Under the pieces are notes generated by a model that did no database searches, was not told the DNA's origin, and saw only the letters and a program-made list of their open reading frames with translations. The translations under genes were made by a program, and so were the position numbers. 64,000 bases of DNA from Spizellomyces punctatus DAOM BR117 (taxonomy: Eukaryota): the NCBI GenBank assembly GCA_000182565.2, contig KQ257457.1, one strand, 5' to 3'. Shown here piece by piece: positions 1-11,300 of this stretch. Each line of letters begins with the position of its first letter. Within the stretch, counting starts at the first letter, position 1.

Positions 1-12
1 ACAAGTTCCAGT

Positions 13-414
13 CTACATCCTACCACCTCCCTCCATCTGGTCTGCATTTCCTGTCTGAGCCACTCTTTTCTTTTCAAAATCCTCCTGCAGAGCCTCCACT
101 GTCAAGCGTGCACTTCTCAGCGCTTCCATCCGCTCAGTGTAAGTCCCCAGCATTTGATCTGCGATCCTCCGAGCCTTTGCATCTTCGCTTTGTGCTTGAG
201 CGGCCTCAGAACCTTTGGGTACAATGCCGTGGGTTGCTTTCTCAGTTTTCTGCGTCAAGTCGCTTGCAATTTCATGGATATGCTGGGAGACGGCGATGGC
301 TTCGGCTCGCTCCTTGTTGTAACCTGCCCCTTGTAGCACATCCTGCATCGATGGATGCACTGTGAAGGCATCTCTTTTGGCGGCTTTATAGTCGGGGTCG
401 TTGGGCTTTGGCAT
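13..414 (-). CDS. Hypothetical protein (133 aa, charged/helical)
   Basis: Single ATG-initiated ORF with protein-like composition; no recognised motif. Confidence 0.5.
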   Translation of the reverse strand: MPKPNDPDYKAAKRDAFTVHPSMQDVLQGAGYNKERAEAIAVSQHIHEIASDLTQKTEKATHGIVPKGSEAAQAQSEDAKARRIADQMLGTYTERMEALRSARLTVEALQEDFEKKRVAQTGNADQMEGGGRM

Positions 415-635
415 CCCAAGTTAATTCGATTTTAGATAGGACTGCTTTGCAATGTTACGAGTAGGACTGCTATTTGAGAGTACCACTTTTGTATTTTTTA
501 CGTAACATTAGCCATCATAGGAGAAACGCGTTCGATCAAGATTACGAAATTCAACCACGGATATTACACACAAGAACTCGCACTGCCAGAATTCACCTCC
601 CTTCTCTACTCAAGTACTCGGAACCCTCTATGCAC

Positions 636-2049
636 TCATTGCGGAAATTCCTTTGCTAATCCAAGGTCGGCCCAATATCTCTTCACAAAAAGATCCTTAC
701 TTTTCAACATCTTTACCACCCAATCCCCCCAAACGCCTAGCAATTGAGCAACACCTCCGTTACGTCCTATTGACACAACTGCGAGGACGGATGTGCTTGG
801 CTTGTACGCTGCAAGTTTTGCATCAGGTCCAGACTCTGCAGACAAAGTTCAGATTCAGAGCGACTTTCAAAATTCAGCAAAGCCGCAGCAAGTTCACTTA
901 CTGATCAACTTTAGAATGTTATCGGCAGCAAGTTCGGCTTGTGGCTTTGCAAGATATGCCAGCTTCATATCAGCATTTGTGACATCACCGGCTGCAAAGA
1001 TGTGTGGGAAAGCATCATTGTCGAGTTGAAGGGTCGGCCGCACTTTAAGTTGTCCCTTTGCATCAATCAGGTCTTCACTCAGCGATTGGACCAAGTGAGA
1101 GTTGAACAATGAGTTGCCGGTAGCTAGTAATATCACGTCGGCATTGATTTCACGACCCTTGTTGGTTTTGACAAAAGTTTCTCCAACGTGCCATCCTTTC
1201 TGCGTTGGATCGGGAAAGAGCGCTTTCAACCCTTCGACCTTCTCGCCAAGGACGACATTAACCTTGCGTTGCTGGAGCGTTGATAGCAAACGCGCTTTAA
1301 ACTTGTCCGAATAAGGTCCATTCATGAGGGTTGTGCTGGCGTGCACCAAGGTCACTTTCTTTTCGGGGTAATCAGTAGCCACTTCCCCTGCGATCTCGAT
1401 TCCGACTGGACCGCCACCCACAATCAGAACGCTCTTTGCTTCTTTTATGGCTGTTGCAATTTCCTGGAGCTCGGCAATACTCTCGGTACGTGCGTCCTTA
1501 CTGCTTTTACTTGGACTACATAGCGGTATCCGGTGACTATTATTAGCAAGTTTTTGGCTGGACGCATGATACGATCACATACCTAGGATAAGAGGAGCCA
1601 GTCGCAATAACCAGATAATCGAAAGGGACATTGCTTCCTCCAGCCAGAACTACATGGTTAGGATGAATGGCGACAACGGTTCCTTGCACTATTTTTCCGT
1701 TCGAGGAAGTGAAAATCTTGGAATATGGTATGAAAAGCTTTTCTGCAAAAGATGGTTCAACGAGCGCACGGAAAGATCCTCTAACAAAGGCATCTGATGA
1801 GTGTCGAATAGATTAACACCGATGAACGGATCTCTTACAGGTTATGCTGGAAATAATCTTCCTTGGTAATAAGTGTAAGATCAACATTTTCCTGATGCCC
1901 GAGCCCGGCATTCAGGCGCATGGCTATAGAGATCCATGGTGAATACTATGAGATCATCATCATTCCATGTATGAGAGTACCAGTTACCTACCAGCTGCCA
2001 CACCGGCATAGCGTCCTCCAATGACGACAACCTTTTTTGTTGAGAGCAT
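636..2049 (-). CDS. AIFM2/AMID/FSP1-like FAD-dependent pyridine nucleotide-disulfide oxidoreductase (multi-exon)
   Basis: Exon 1 MLSTKKVVVIGGRYAGVAA (FAD fingerprint); YLVIATGS; IVGGGPVGIEIAGE (NADH site); IFAAGDV; C-terminal VSIGRNGGVAQL...KSKDLF; GT-AG introns between segments. Confidence 0.85.
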
Positions 2050-2697
2050 CGTTCACGTAATGAAAGTAAATGTGCTTGTATATTGTACAAATAATATTGT
2101 AATGCTGGACAGAATGGAATAGTGCGATGAGGACGACATGTTTTGTCTCTGAACGATTGTCGTTTTAAAAAGAAAACAAGTGTTCATCATTTCGGAGACC
2201 GGCATCGCGTGGCTTGGCCGGATGAGCTAACGTAATCTTCGGAGGTGTGTGATTCCAAAGCAGTTTTGAAATCTTCTTCATAAATGTCCGTGACCCTGGA
2301 ACAGGGATCGGATTTCGGTTCGGACCTATGTCCTGCATTGAAATGTTTACGGATGACTTTATTAATGTGCGAATGATTTAGGATTCTAACGCTTTCAAGT
2401 CTCAGAACACTGCAAGATGGAATTTCGAATACGTCAAAAAAGGGCTGGGGGCATGTCTACCAGGTTTGGCGCGCCAATGTAAACCATGCTTTTCGCTCAT
2501 TGCGACCATCACCAGTTACCTTCATAAGCGTTTTTATTGGTGAAAAAACTCTAAACATATCTAGGCTACAGTGTGTCCGTCTACAAAATCCAAACCAAAA
2601 GAGAACGTGTTCTAAAAAGAACAAAAATGAACTATACAATACACACAAATGATGGACTAAGAGAATATACAAGAAGAAAGTTTCATGAATCGACCCA

Positions 2698-5580
2698 TCA
2701 CACTGAAAGAGTTGACACGCTCTCCCGCTTCTGCTCCTCGGCAAGCATACTGTCCAACAAGTTGATTGCTGAATTGATCGTTGCGCGATTGGATGATGTT
2801 CGCGGCAGCGAATGGCTTCGGATTTCATCCGAGTGTCGGTGATAGTTGGATGGTAAGGAAGGAACTGGAGCGGAGATGGATTGGTGTGGGAAGGACACAT
2901 TTGGTGTCGACGCTCTTCGCATTACGGCTCTTGGATGGGGTAATATCCCCGACTGGATGGTGTGTCGCCAGGGATTGAATTGATCTTCCAACGACGTTTT
3001 GGGCGGAACCGGGGGAAGTGGAGCAGTTGGTGGCGGGGATGCTGGTGACATTGGGTCCGGACTCAGCTTGCTAGTCAAAAGTAGACGCGCAGATGAGGTC
3101 GAAACGCCTGAATCCTCCCTCTTCAACGTAATGGGACTCTTTTCAGATTCTGCACTCTTTGGCCTCCCCAATGATGCTTTTTTGGGACTTAGCTCCTTGG
3201 AAAACGCATCGACAACCCCAAACCATTGCATGTCATCGCACCAAAAGTACCAAACCTTCGCCCCACTCTTGACGGAAAATCCAAAACCTGCTCGTGAGCC
3301 CCTTCCTCGTCCTTCCTCCGTAATTTTGACTTCTGTGCCAACTCCGACGTACAAAACATCACTCGCGTCCTTATCCTTGATCGGGTCTGGGACACGCGGC
3401 TCATGATACAGGTAGAGAAACCCAGGAGTCAGCACGCAATATCGGCGTTTCCATGAGCGAATAAAGTTTTGTGGGGGATGCTTTGTCGTATGGAGAAATC
3501 CAGAGAAGATGATTTGATGTGAAGCTTGCTCAACAGGATTGATCGCGGACAACACTTTCGGAGTGACCGTAGCTGGAGCGGATGAGTTAAGCGAAAACCG
3601 CCTGATGGCTTTGCTATTCTTGATGGCTTCATCGACAGATTTGGATATCCTGTTCAATGTCCCCGTAGAACTGAAGCGCTTGGTCCTCTCCAGTGTACCT
3701 CCCAAAATAATGGACGTCCTCGCAGCGCTTTTCGAGCTGCCATTCTCGTCATCCATGCCCAAAACTTTCATGGCCTTCTGATTTACTAACAATTTGTTGT
3801 CCGCTTCATCATCAGCGAGTATTCCAAGCGTCTTAAGAGCCTTTGTGTTTGACCGTGGTGGGGTTGGGCTCGTCTCTAAGGTGATGGAAGACAAGGGAGC
3901 TTTGGGCGATGACTTGGGGTGCGGTTGTGGTCGGTCCAGCGACTCGCCGCTGATTGAGGCGATTTTGATATTACCTGCATCATCGTCCATGCCCAGTATT
4001 TTCATTGCCTTTTGATTGACCACTATTCCTGAACCAGCTTCCCTTTCAGATATAATCCCGAGCGTCTTAAGAGCCTTTGTATTTGATCTCGGCGGGGTTG
4101 GTATTGTCTCTGATGCGACGGGAGAAACCGGGGATTTGGGTGATGGCTTCGGGGGCGGCTGTGGTGCGTCAAGTGATTCTTCACTCACTGTAACCGTTTC
4201 AATACCAGACGATTCCGTCCCCTCCTGATTGGCTGCCATAGCAGATTTTGCAAGCATATTAGGCATGTTTGCATCGTCACTAGTTGCAGTGGAATTCGCC
4301 TCTGGAGCGACAGGAGACCAAGGCGTGTCCGGCAGCGGCTTGCTGACCCTTTTCGGACGCTCCAAAGAACCACCAATTATGAAAGACTCCGTTTTTGACC
4401 TTCTGAGGGTTCTAATGTTCATCCTTGTTGGAGACTTGTCGAGAGCCGAGTCATCGCTCATCCCTAAAATGCGCATCGCCTTTTCATTGATTGCAATTCC
4501 ATGATCAGCATCAGTAATGATACCAAGGGTCTTTAGAGCTTTCGAATTTGAACGGGGCGGAGTGGGAAACGAGGTAATCAATGGCGACGAAATGGGAGAC
4601 ACTGCCTCGGTACTGCTCTGTGAAGATGGAAGTTGGAGAGCTGCCATTTCTGACGGGCTCGATGGCGGAGTTGGCAGTGGCGCAAGTGGGGGAGCAGTTT
4701 GATGAGCTTGATGATCTACGGGTTGAGACAGCGGTGATCGCACAGATCCCGCACTTTGCTCTTCTGAAGCGGTAAGCTCTGTGGACTTGTCTTCCACAAT
4801 AGGAGGTAATGGTGCGGAGGGCGGGGGATGCGTAGGTTCATTTTTCTCATCTTCGAAAAAGATGCGATGTATAGGTACCGGGGATGAGGGTGGAGTTTCA
4901 TCTTCCGCTATGGTGGGTAGTGTGCGTCCGTGTCTGCCGACAATTCCATCCCCTTGATGATACTGCATCGTTCTGCCGACTGCCTCCGCATCAGCTGCCG
5001 CGCTGCCACTCTTTTGAGTCGTATCCTCAGGTTCCACGTCCTCCACCAATGTGCTGGTACGACTATTGCAAGTCGTAAAGGAAGACCGATTCGACTCGGA
5101 ATCTTCCTCGACAACGGGTCCAGCTGTTGCCAACTTTGCCTTGATAGCTTTGAGTTCTTCCAACGTTGCACATAGAGTTTGCAAATGTGCCAAAGATGTG
5201 GTGCGAAGGTAGACAGGGGCGAAAAGTGATACTTCGGGAGTCAGCGGGGACATGGCAGAGTCACCACCGACGTGGGTTTCAATTACATTCTCTTCGTTGT
5301 CGTCCTCAGGAATGGTTGGGAGACCAAGATACGCGTCCAGCAACGACGAGCATGACTGTACACGATGGAGTTCTGACTCTGGAGTAGTACTGTCGCCTTT
5401 GGTTTCGGTGATTACAAGGTCCGGAGCGGTTGACATTACTTGGTCAACAAGTGTTTCTAAAGTATCAACTTCCTCTGAGAGAGGCTCCATTTTGGTGGTG
5501 CCAGCATCACCTTTTGTCGTCGATCGATCCTCCTCTCCTAGCTGCTGTCTGTCTTGCAGCTGCTCTCTTTGCTCTGACAT
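2698..5580 (-). CDS. Large low-complexity Pro/Ser-rich protein with C-terminal PH domain
   Basis: Intronless ~960-aa ORF (first ATG at 5580); PH-like FSGFLH...SWKRRYCVLTPGFLYLY...FGFSV...WYFWCDDMQW. Confidence 0.75.
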   Translation of the reverse strand: MSEQREQLQDRQQLGEEDRSTTKGDAGTTKMEPLSEEVDTLETLVDQVMSTAPDLVITETKGDSTTPESELHRVQSCSSLLDAYLGLPTIPEDDNEENVIETHVGGDSAMSPLTPEVSLFAPVYLRTTSLAHLQTLCATLEELKAIKAKLATAGPVVEEDSESNRSSFTTCNSRTSTLVEDVEPEDTTQKSGSAAADAEAVGRTMQYHQGDGIVGRHGRTLPTIAEDETPPSSPVPIHRIFFEDEKNEPTHPPPSAPLPPIVEDKSTELTASEEQSAGSVRSPLSQPVDHQAHQTAPPLAPLPTPPSSPSEMAALQLPSSQSSTEAVSPISSPLITSFPTPPRSNSKALKTLGIITDADHGIAINEKAMRILGMSDDSALDKSPTRMNIRTLRRSKTESFIIGGSLERPKRVSKPLPDTPWSPVAPEANSTATSDDANMPNMLAKSAMAANQEGTESSGIETVTVSEESLDAPQPPPKPSPKSPVSPVASETIPTPPRSNTKALKTLGIISEREAGSGIVVNQKAMKILGMDDDAGNIKIASISGESLDRPQPHPKSSPKAPLSSITLETSPTPPRSNTKALKTLGILADDEADNKLLVNQKAMKVLGMDDENGSSKSAARTSIILGGTLERTKRFSSTGTLNRISKSVDEAIKNSKAIRRFSLNSSAPATVTPKVLSAINPVEQASHQIIFSGFLHTTKHPPQNFIRSWKRRYCVLTPGFLYLYHEPRVPDPIKDKDASDVLYVGVGTEVKITEEGRGRGSRAGFGFSVKSGAKVWYFWCDDMQWFGVVDAFSKELSPKKASLGRPKSAESEKSPITLKREDSGVSTSSARLLLTSKLSPDPMSPASPPPTAPLPPVPPKTSLEDQFNPWRHTIQSGILPHPRAVMRRASTPNVSFPHQSISAPVPSLPSNYHRHSDEIRSHSLPRTSSNRATINSAINLLDSMLAEEQKRESVSTLSV
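3744..4566 (-). repeat. Three intragenic ~40-aa repeats (PTPPRSNxKALKTLGI...KAMxxLGMxDD)
   Basis: Visible in translation at approximately 4450-4566, 3978-4101 and 3744-3867. Confidence 0.85.
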
Positions 5581-6239
5581 GCGGATCAGCTCAATGTTTG
5601 TTGCATTTCCTAAAGTTTTCTTCAACGAAGTCCAATGCTACAAGTGTGAAATTTGGGTCCCAAGTGTGACCAATCTTTCGTGTACAGCTGTGAATGTTGC
5701 ACTGTGCCGCTCTTTGTCCGAATGAGTAAACGCACTTTAAATAATTGGTCCAAAAGTGACAAGAAAATCATGTGGGATATATATGTTTATGCTGTGCTTT
5801 AAAGGAAGTTGCAATTTCCACCATTCAAGATGTGAAGAGGTGTGGCAAATGTCTCGCTGGTGCTGTCGCTGATTAGGGGCTTCCATGCACTAGCCAAAGA
5901 TTGAACACTGCTGGACAAAGTGTGAACAAGGTCTATTTGTGGGATGTCAGGTCCACCAGCAGCATGACAATGACAGAAGTCCTCTTCACAAACGGTTCCT
6001 CTCTTACCAAGTTAAATTACCTCTTCCATGGTACAGGCAGAACAGATGTAACTGAACTGAGATTGTCCAGTATGAGGACCCTGCTATCATCGGAAAGTGA
6101 AAAATAAAGGGAATGAAGGTCACCATGTGCGCCGCTACATGTAAGTTTAGTACATAGAGTACATAGCGTGCTCGCGGGGCTCTCCTCTGTTCCTGTGAAG
6201 CCAAGGCAAGCAATTCTCTTGCATCAAATGTAATACTAC

Positions 6240-7074
6240 AGGTTTGAAGGATCGGATCTCGTTATTGAGCTGTTCCAAAGCAATCGTTTGGAATTTAAAA
6301 AGAATTATCGCTATGACAAGAAGACGGAATCTCTTTTGGACGCAGTTGTCAAAACCAAGGAGACTTTGAACGATTACGACTGGAACTCACAGCTGCAGCA
6401 ACGATCGCGGGTGCGAACGCACAACATACGTAAACGCATGAATGCATGCCACATACGCCTTTTGTCCAAGTCAACGGAGAAAGGTGGTTGAACCGCATAG
6501 GACTGGCAAATCGCAACATATCTTCCTTTGCGTGGGGTTGACTGTAGTGGCATTCGAGATGCAGAGAGCAATGGGACTGGATCAGAGAAGCACTACATTC
6601 AAAGCGGCTTCATTCAGACGATAATAAAGTGACGCTAAACAGATGGCTTCTCGATGAGGGACATTATTGTTGACGGCAAATGCATCACTGTTTCGATCGA
6701 CCAGTTTCAGGCTAAAGTTTTCCCTGCATTTGCAATGACGGTGCATGTCGTTCAAGGGTAAACGACAAAAGGTAGTTACTCTTTTAAGAACCCTGGGACT
6801 GGAACAATCAAATGCTGTACCCAGCGTTAAGCAGATGCACAAAACTGGAAGCAGATATACAATAAAAAAGGACGAATCCGAAAGTTTTTCAGAACAAGAT
6901 TGGAACAATTTGGCGGAACGACTGAAGACAAACGTTGAGATATTTACGGATATACATGGAAACAGTTTATACGCAGTGCAAAGTTACCGAACGGATATAC
7001 ATAACAATTCAGAATTGCACTATCGAACAGATCAATCATGTAAGCAATGTGCGAGTCCTGGTAGCGTCGCTTGA
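6240..7074 (+). pseudogene. Fragmented ORF relics of unknown family, possibly a decayed mobile element
   Basis: Consecutive short protein-like ORFs (6288-6491, 6745-7074) broken by stops/frameshifts; no family recognised. Confidence 0.25.
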
Positions 7075-7336
7075 TGTGTCGATATACTCTCAACGCCGAC
7101 TGAAAGCCGGTCGACGGATTGTAGTAGACATTTTTTATTGTCGCTTTCAGTATTTTGAACCTCCATTTTTTTGACTGCCACGGCGGGACATCCGCAGACA
7201 CCCCTGCACATATCACTGGCTTTTATTAAGACAATGATATGTTCATCGCGGTATATCAATAACTCGCATCGAATATTTGATCGGACAGAACACAGCGGTT
7301 AACACAACGGTTTGAATCTCATGTTACATATTTACT

Positions 7337-7359
7337 CTAACCCTAACCCTAACCCTAAC
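7337..7359. repeat. Interstitial telomeric repeat (CCCTAA/TTAGGG), ~3.8 units
   Basis: ctaaccctaaccctaaccctaac. Confidence 0.85.
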
Positions 7360-8041
7360 TGCTGATCTCGAACCCGATCTTAACGAAGACGAAACGGGAA
7401 TTCTAGACTCGCTAATTGGATTTTCCCGATTATCTTATCCATCTGTATAACAACTTTCACTTCTGCCCTTTCACTTTCCAATCCCTCTGGTATTGGGGAT
7501 GCCTCATGATCTGTGATCCTTTTCCAAACAGGATGCATAGTACATGTATTCCCACCATGAGTTCCGGCTTGTGCAAAAACTTGCCCACCACAAGTTCGCC
7601 CAGGAAATGTTCACCATTTGGAAAGTGCGTTTTGACAATTTCGTGTCAGTTTCCCTGTCAGTATACCTAGCACAGAAAATCAAATTAAGCAGCAGTCAAG
7701 ACGCAACTCACCCTCCTCAGGAAAGTGTAGCCCGATAGTGAGCTGAATGTCTCCACCAGATCTCTGCAGACGCTGGTTGCGCACGACGTGAGTCTGGGTG
7801 GAACAGCCTCTAGCGCAGGTCTTGGTGGTAGTAGCAAATATTTAAATGAGAACTGTGAAGACTGAAGTGGAGAAAGGTTCACATGGTCGAGTCCTACGGT
7901 ATCATGCACTATCATTATTCCTTAATGTACAAAGACTGTAATCACAAAGTTTAGGTGAAGGAAGCATATTCCTCTCCCCCCAACTGCGATTGTTCGGAAG
8001 GTTTTAGGGTCTGCCTTCTTCAAAGTAGCCGGTGATGTAGG

Positions 8042-8151
8042 CATCGCGAATCAGTTCTATCCAAAACAAAACTTTGTAAGTTTTCTTCACCAAAAGCCCA
8101 ATGCATTAGTGTGAAATTTGGTTGAGTGTGACCAATCTTACGTGTACAGCT
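8042..8151 (-). repeat. Diverged copy of the 5' leader/start region of the PH-domain gene (5578-5689)
   Basis: aagttttcttca...ccaatgc...agtgtgaaatttgg...agtgtgaccaatctt.cgtgtacagct is shared in direct orientation; ATG at an equivalent position. Confidence 0.7.
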
Positions 8152-8373
8152 TTAAAGCTTTGTAAGTCCATGAAGACTCAGAGGATACGTGTTTCTTCAG
8201 GTATGGAATATATAAAATTATGGGTCAAGGGGCCTCATCAGCACGAGATAATATTTGATACAACCGCAAATCTTAAGCTAAAAAAGGAACTACAATAAGC
8301 TACAAGCACAAGTACATTCGCCACGGGGTAGTGTAAGCAAAAGAGTACCCATATCACTACAATCTTACAAATC

Positions 8374-11300
8374 TTAACTGACGAGATGCATTGAAGCCTC
8401 GTCCTTTTCAAGAAACGGCTCCTCATCCCAATCACCTGGAACGAACTTAATACCACCGCAATCGCACTTGTTGGCGATTTCTACACCTTCCTCAATCATT
8501 TGCAAGACATTTTCTGCCAGTGCCCGGCGGGCTGCTTTTCGCGATGGGCCATAGTCCATCGCAATCACATTTTCATGCATGATCAAGTTTGCTACGAAAA
8601 GACCTTCTTCCAGATCATGCTTGGTGGGGACTCGCCACTTGTCGCAGCCCAGGACACTGCGCATATACATAGCCATCTCGCGGAATGGATGACGTCCAAC
8701 TAGCTGTGGTTGAATGTACTCATTGACCCAAGGTAACCAGAAGCGATCCAGAAACCCCCAGGCAACCTCCACATCGTAACCGCCGTCCTGGAAAATTGCC
8801 CCAAGGATTGCTTCAAACAAATCTGACACCGCCTTGGGAGTTTCAATATTGATCCAGTATTGCATCTCTGCTTCCAATTCTCGCTGTAATTTGGCTCTGG
8901 CTCCTTTACCCTCAGGAAGATGTGTAATAGACTCTAACTTGTTCTGTCGCGCTTCAGCCCCTTCAACATGCTGTTGCGCCGCCTCGTACAAGTCCGTACA
9001 GTACTCTCCTATTGCCTGGGCGAGCGGAACCGACGAAGCCTCGATGAAGGTGTGGAGCCCCAAATTCGCAGAAACACACGCTAAAAATGAGTTGTTTACG
9101 GCCGCATCCTTGAGATCACTCAACCGACCCGGTGGTAAGTCCGGGTAGGTATAGAAAAAGTATCGCACTGCCAGAAGGCCAAGTACGGCATCACCTAACA
9201 AATGAAGAAACCAGTTTTGACATACAGTGTAGATGTTTACTCAGCTTCTACCATGACTTACCGAGGAACTCTAATCTTTGGTAATTCAAAACATTTGGAT
9301 CTTTCGAACTAGGATGCGTGAGCGCCTCCATCAGTAACATCGGATCCTTGAATTGATAATGAATGAGATCTTGCAGAGACTGCAATTTGGCCATCTTGGC
9401 AGCAGTAAGAGGATTTGACTTTGGTCGTTGTTCTGAGATCTGTTGTTGGGCTTTTATATAACCAGCCCAATCAATCAAAAAAGCGTCGCTGTAAATGTTA
9501 CGGAGAGCTTGCGCCGCGCCCTTCACCCCACTGCAATCAAGACAGGCACCCAATATGGATTCCACGGTGTCAGCAATTTGTTTGTCAGACAGCAGCTGAG
9601 ATCCAGTCTCGGGGTTCTCGTCCGTTTTGTTCACCTCCTTTTTGGCATTCTCTTCGAGCTTTTCAAGTTTCATTGGCGCCCATTCGGTTCTTTGAAATGA
9701 TTGAGGAGTATAGTAACGGTACATTTAAGAATTAAATTTGAATGTTACCTTGAAAGTTTTGTCCCAACAATGTACCCAGGAATGCCATGTTTCCAACCTC
9801 TGACGAATAGCTTGTAGTTCGACAACAAGCTATGTGTCATCATCGTCATTACTCCTTCTCCGCGATGAGGATACAGGACGTAGATATGTAACGTAATGGC
9901 GAGCTTGAGAAATGCGTCGCCAAGAGTCTCGTACCGCTCATAGTTGGTTTGCAATGTAGCGGAGGGTGCAGAAAGGGCGGTTATGAGCTGCGGCAGGGCA
10001 GCTGGGAGACTCAACTTTTCTTGCAGCTCGCTTGTTCGGCAGGCTAGTTCGACGTAATAAAGAATCGACGGTAAAATTACCGCCGCTTTGATCGTGTTTT
10101 GGTCGATAGGGTATATTTGACAATACTAAAGAATGTGAACTTGTCAATAAAGTGGCCAGTCAGACGTTATGAGACTAGCAATACCTGAGGAAGCAGAAAA
10201 ACATCTTGATCTCTTTTGGCTTCGACACTTTCGTTCTCCGCAATATTGTGGTACGCCAACATATTGAACTTTCGCGTGACGAGCCTCGCACGAATAACAG
10301 GCTGGTCGGGCTTGATCAATCTCCTGTTCTTGATCAACTGGTAGTAATCCGCCGCGCATTTAAACTTGTCATCCCCAAATGGCACTGGGTCAAAGGGTCC
10401 TTTGTCAGCGCATAATTCCAAAGCACGAAATTTTCTGCCCCAGTGTCTCATATCAACCACTACACGATCGACAACATCCGGCTTGTAAAGAAGGCTCTGA
10501 AACTTCTCGGGATCGAAACTCTCAACGGATGCAGTCGCCTTCCAGTCAATCAGCTCTGATGCTTTGAATAATTGAAAATCCACTGGGCGCGATCCCGGGC
10601 GAATTCGAAGCGGCACGACCAGGAAAGCGTAATCTTCATCTTCTTTGAATAAGGTGTGCTTCAACATTGGTGATAAAACACAATGATTGTATGCCCGCGC
10701 CCAGCGATATTGTTCCAACGTCATCTTAAGTGGTTTGGGGGATGCTTGAATGCGGACAGTCACTTCCGCCAAGTTAGGCCAAAGGGAAAACTCCATAGGC
10801 GATATAGGTAGACCGGAAACTGTAAGAAAACCAAGAGGGTTCGACATTGGAGGGTCGTGAAGTGCTTTCACTTCAATAACATTTAGGTAACCCGAGACAT
10901 AATCATTCGTTAAGTCCCATGGTTGGTGAAGAATTTGAGGCTGTTTAACTATAAGCTCAAAATAAGTATGGAGGGACAAACCAACAGGGCTCAATTCAAT
11001 TGCATGCTCTCACTTCTGAAAAATCGCTTGTTCCTCTTAGATTTAAGTGTGTTTAAACCTTTTTGGAGCTCCTCTCGTAGTTGACCCTCCTCATCATGTC
11101 TTGACTTAAAGAGTATGTCCCCTCGGGCAGGTCGAAGAGTGTCATTGAGATACCTGCGCTGATGCAATAGTTTGACGGCTTCCCACGCTGAATGTGTAAT
11201 CTCGTGTCATGGAACCCTCCTAGCAGACCAGAAAATCATATTACGTTGACCTACCGGCATGTCTAAAGGCCAGCGCTTTGGATCGCATGGGCCGACCAAC

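Noticed and set aside
2999-5725. Many plus-strand ORFs opposite the PH-domain gene (and similar antisense ORFs elsewhere)
   Set aside because: Shadow frames of long coding regions with no independent motifs.
6254-6263. 10-mer GGATCTCGTT with an inverted match near 24250-24260
   Set aside because: Too short and the flanks do not extend; expected by chance.
7337-7359. Telomerase RNA template or true chromosome end
   Set aside because: Too many repeats for a template, and genes continue on both sides.
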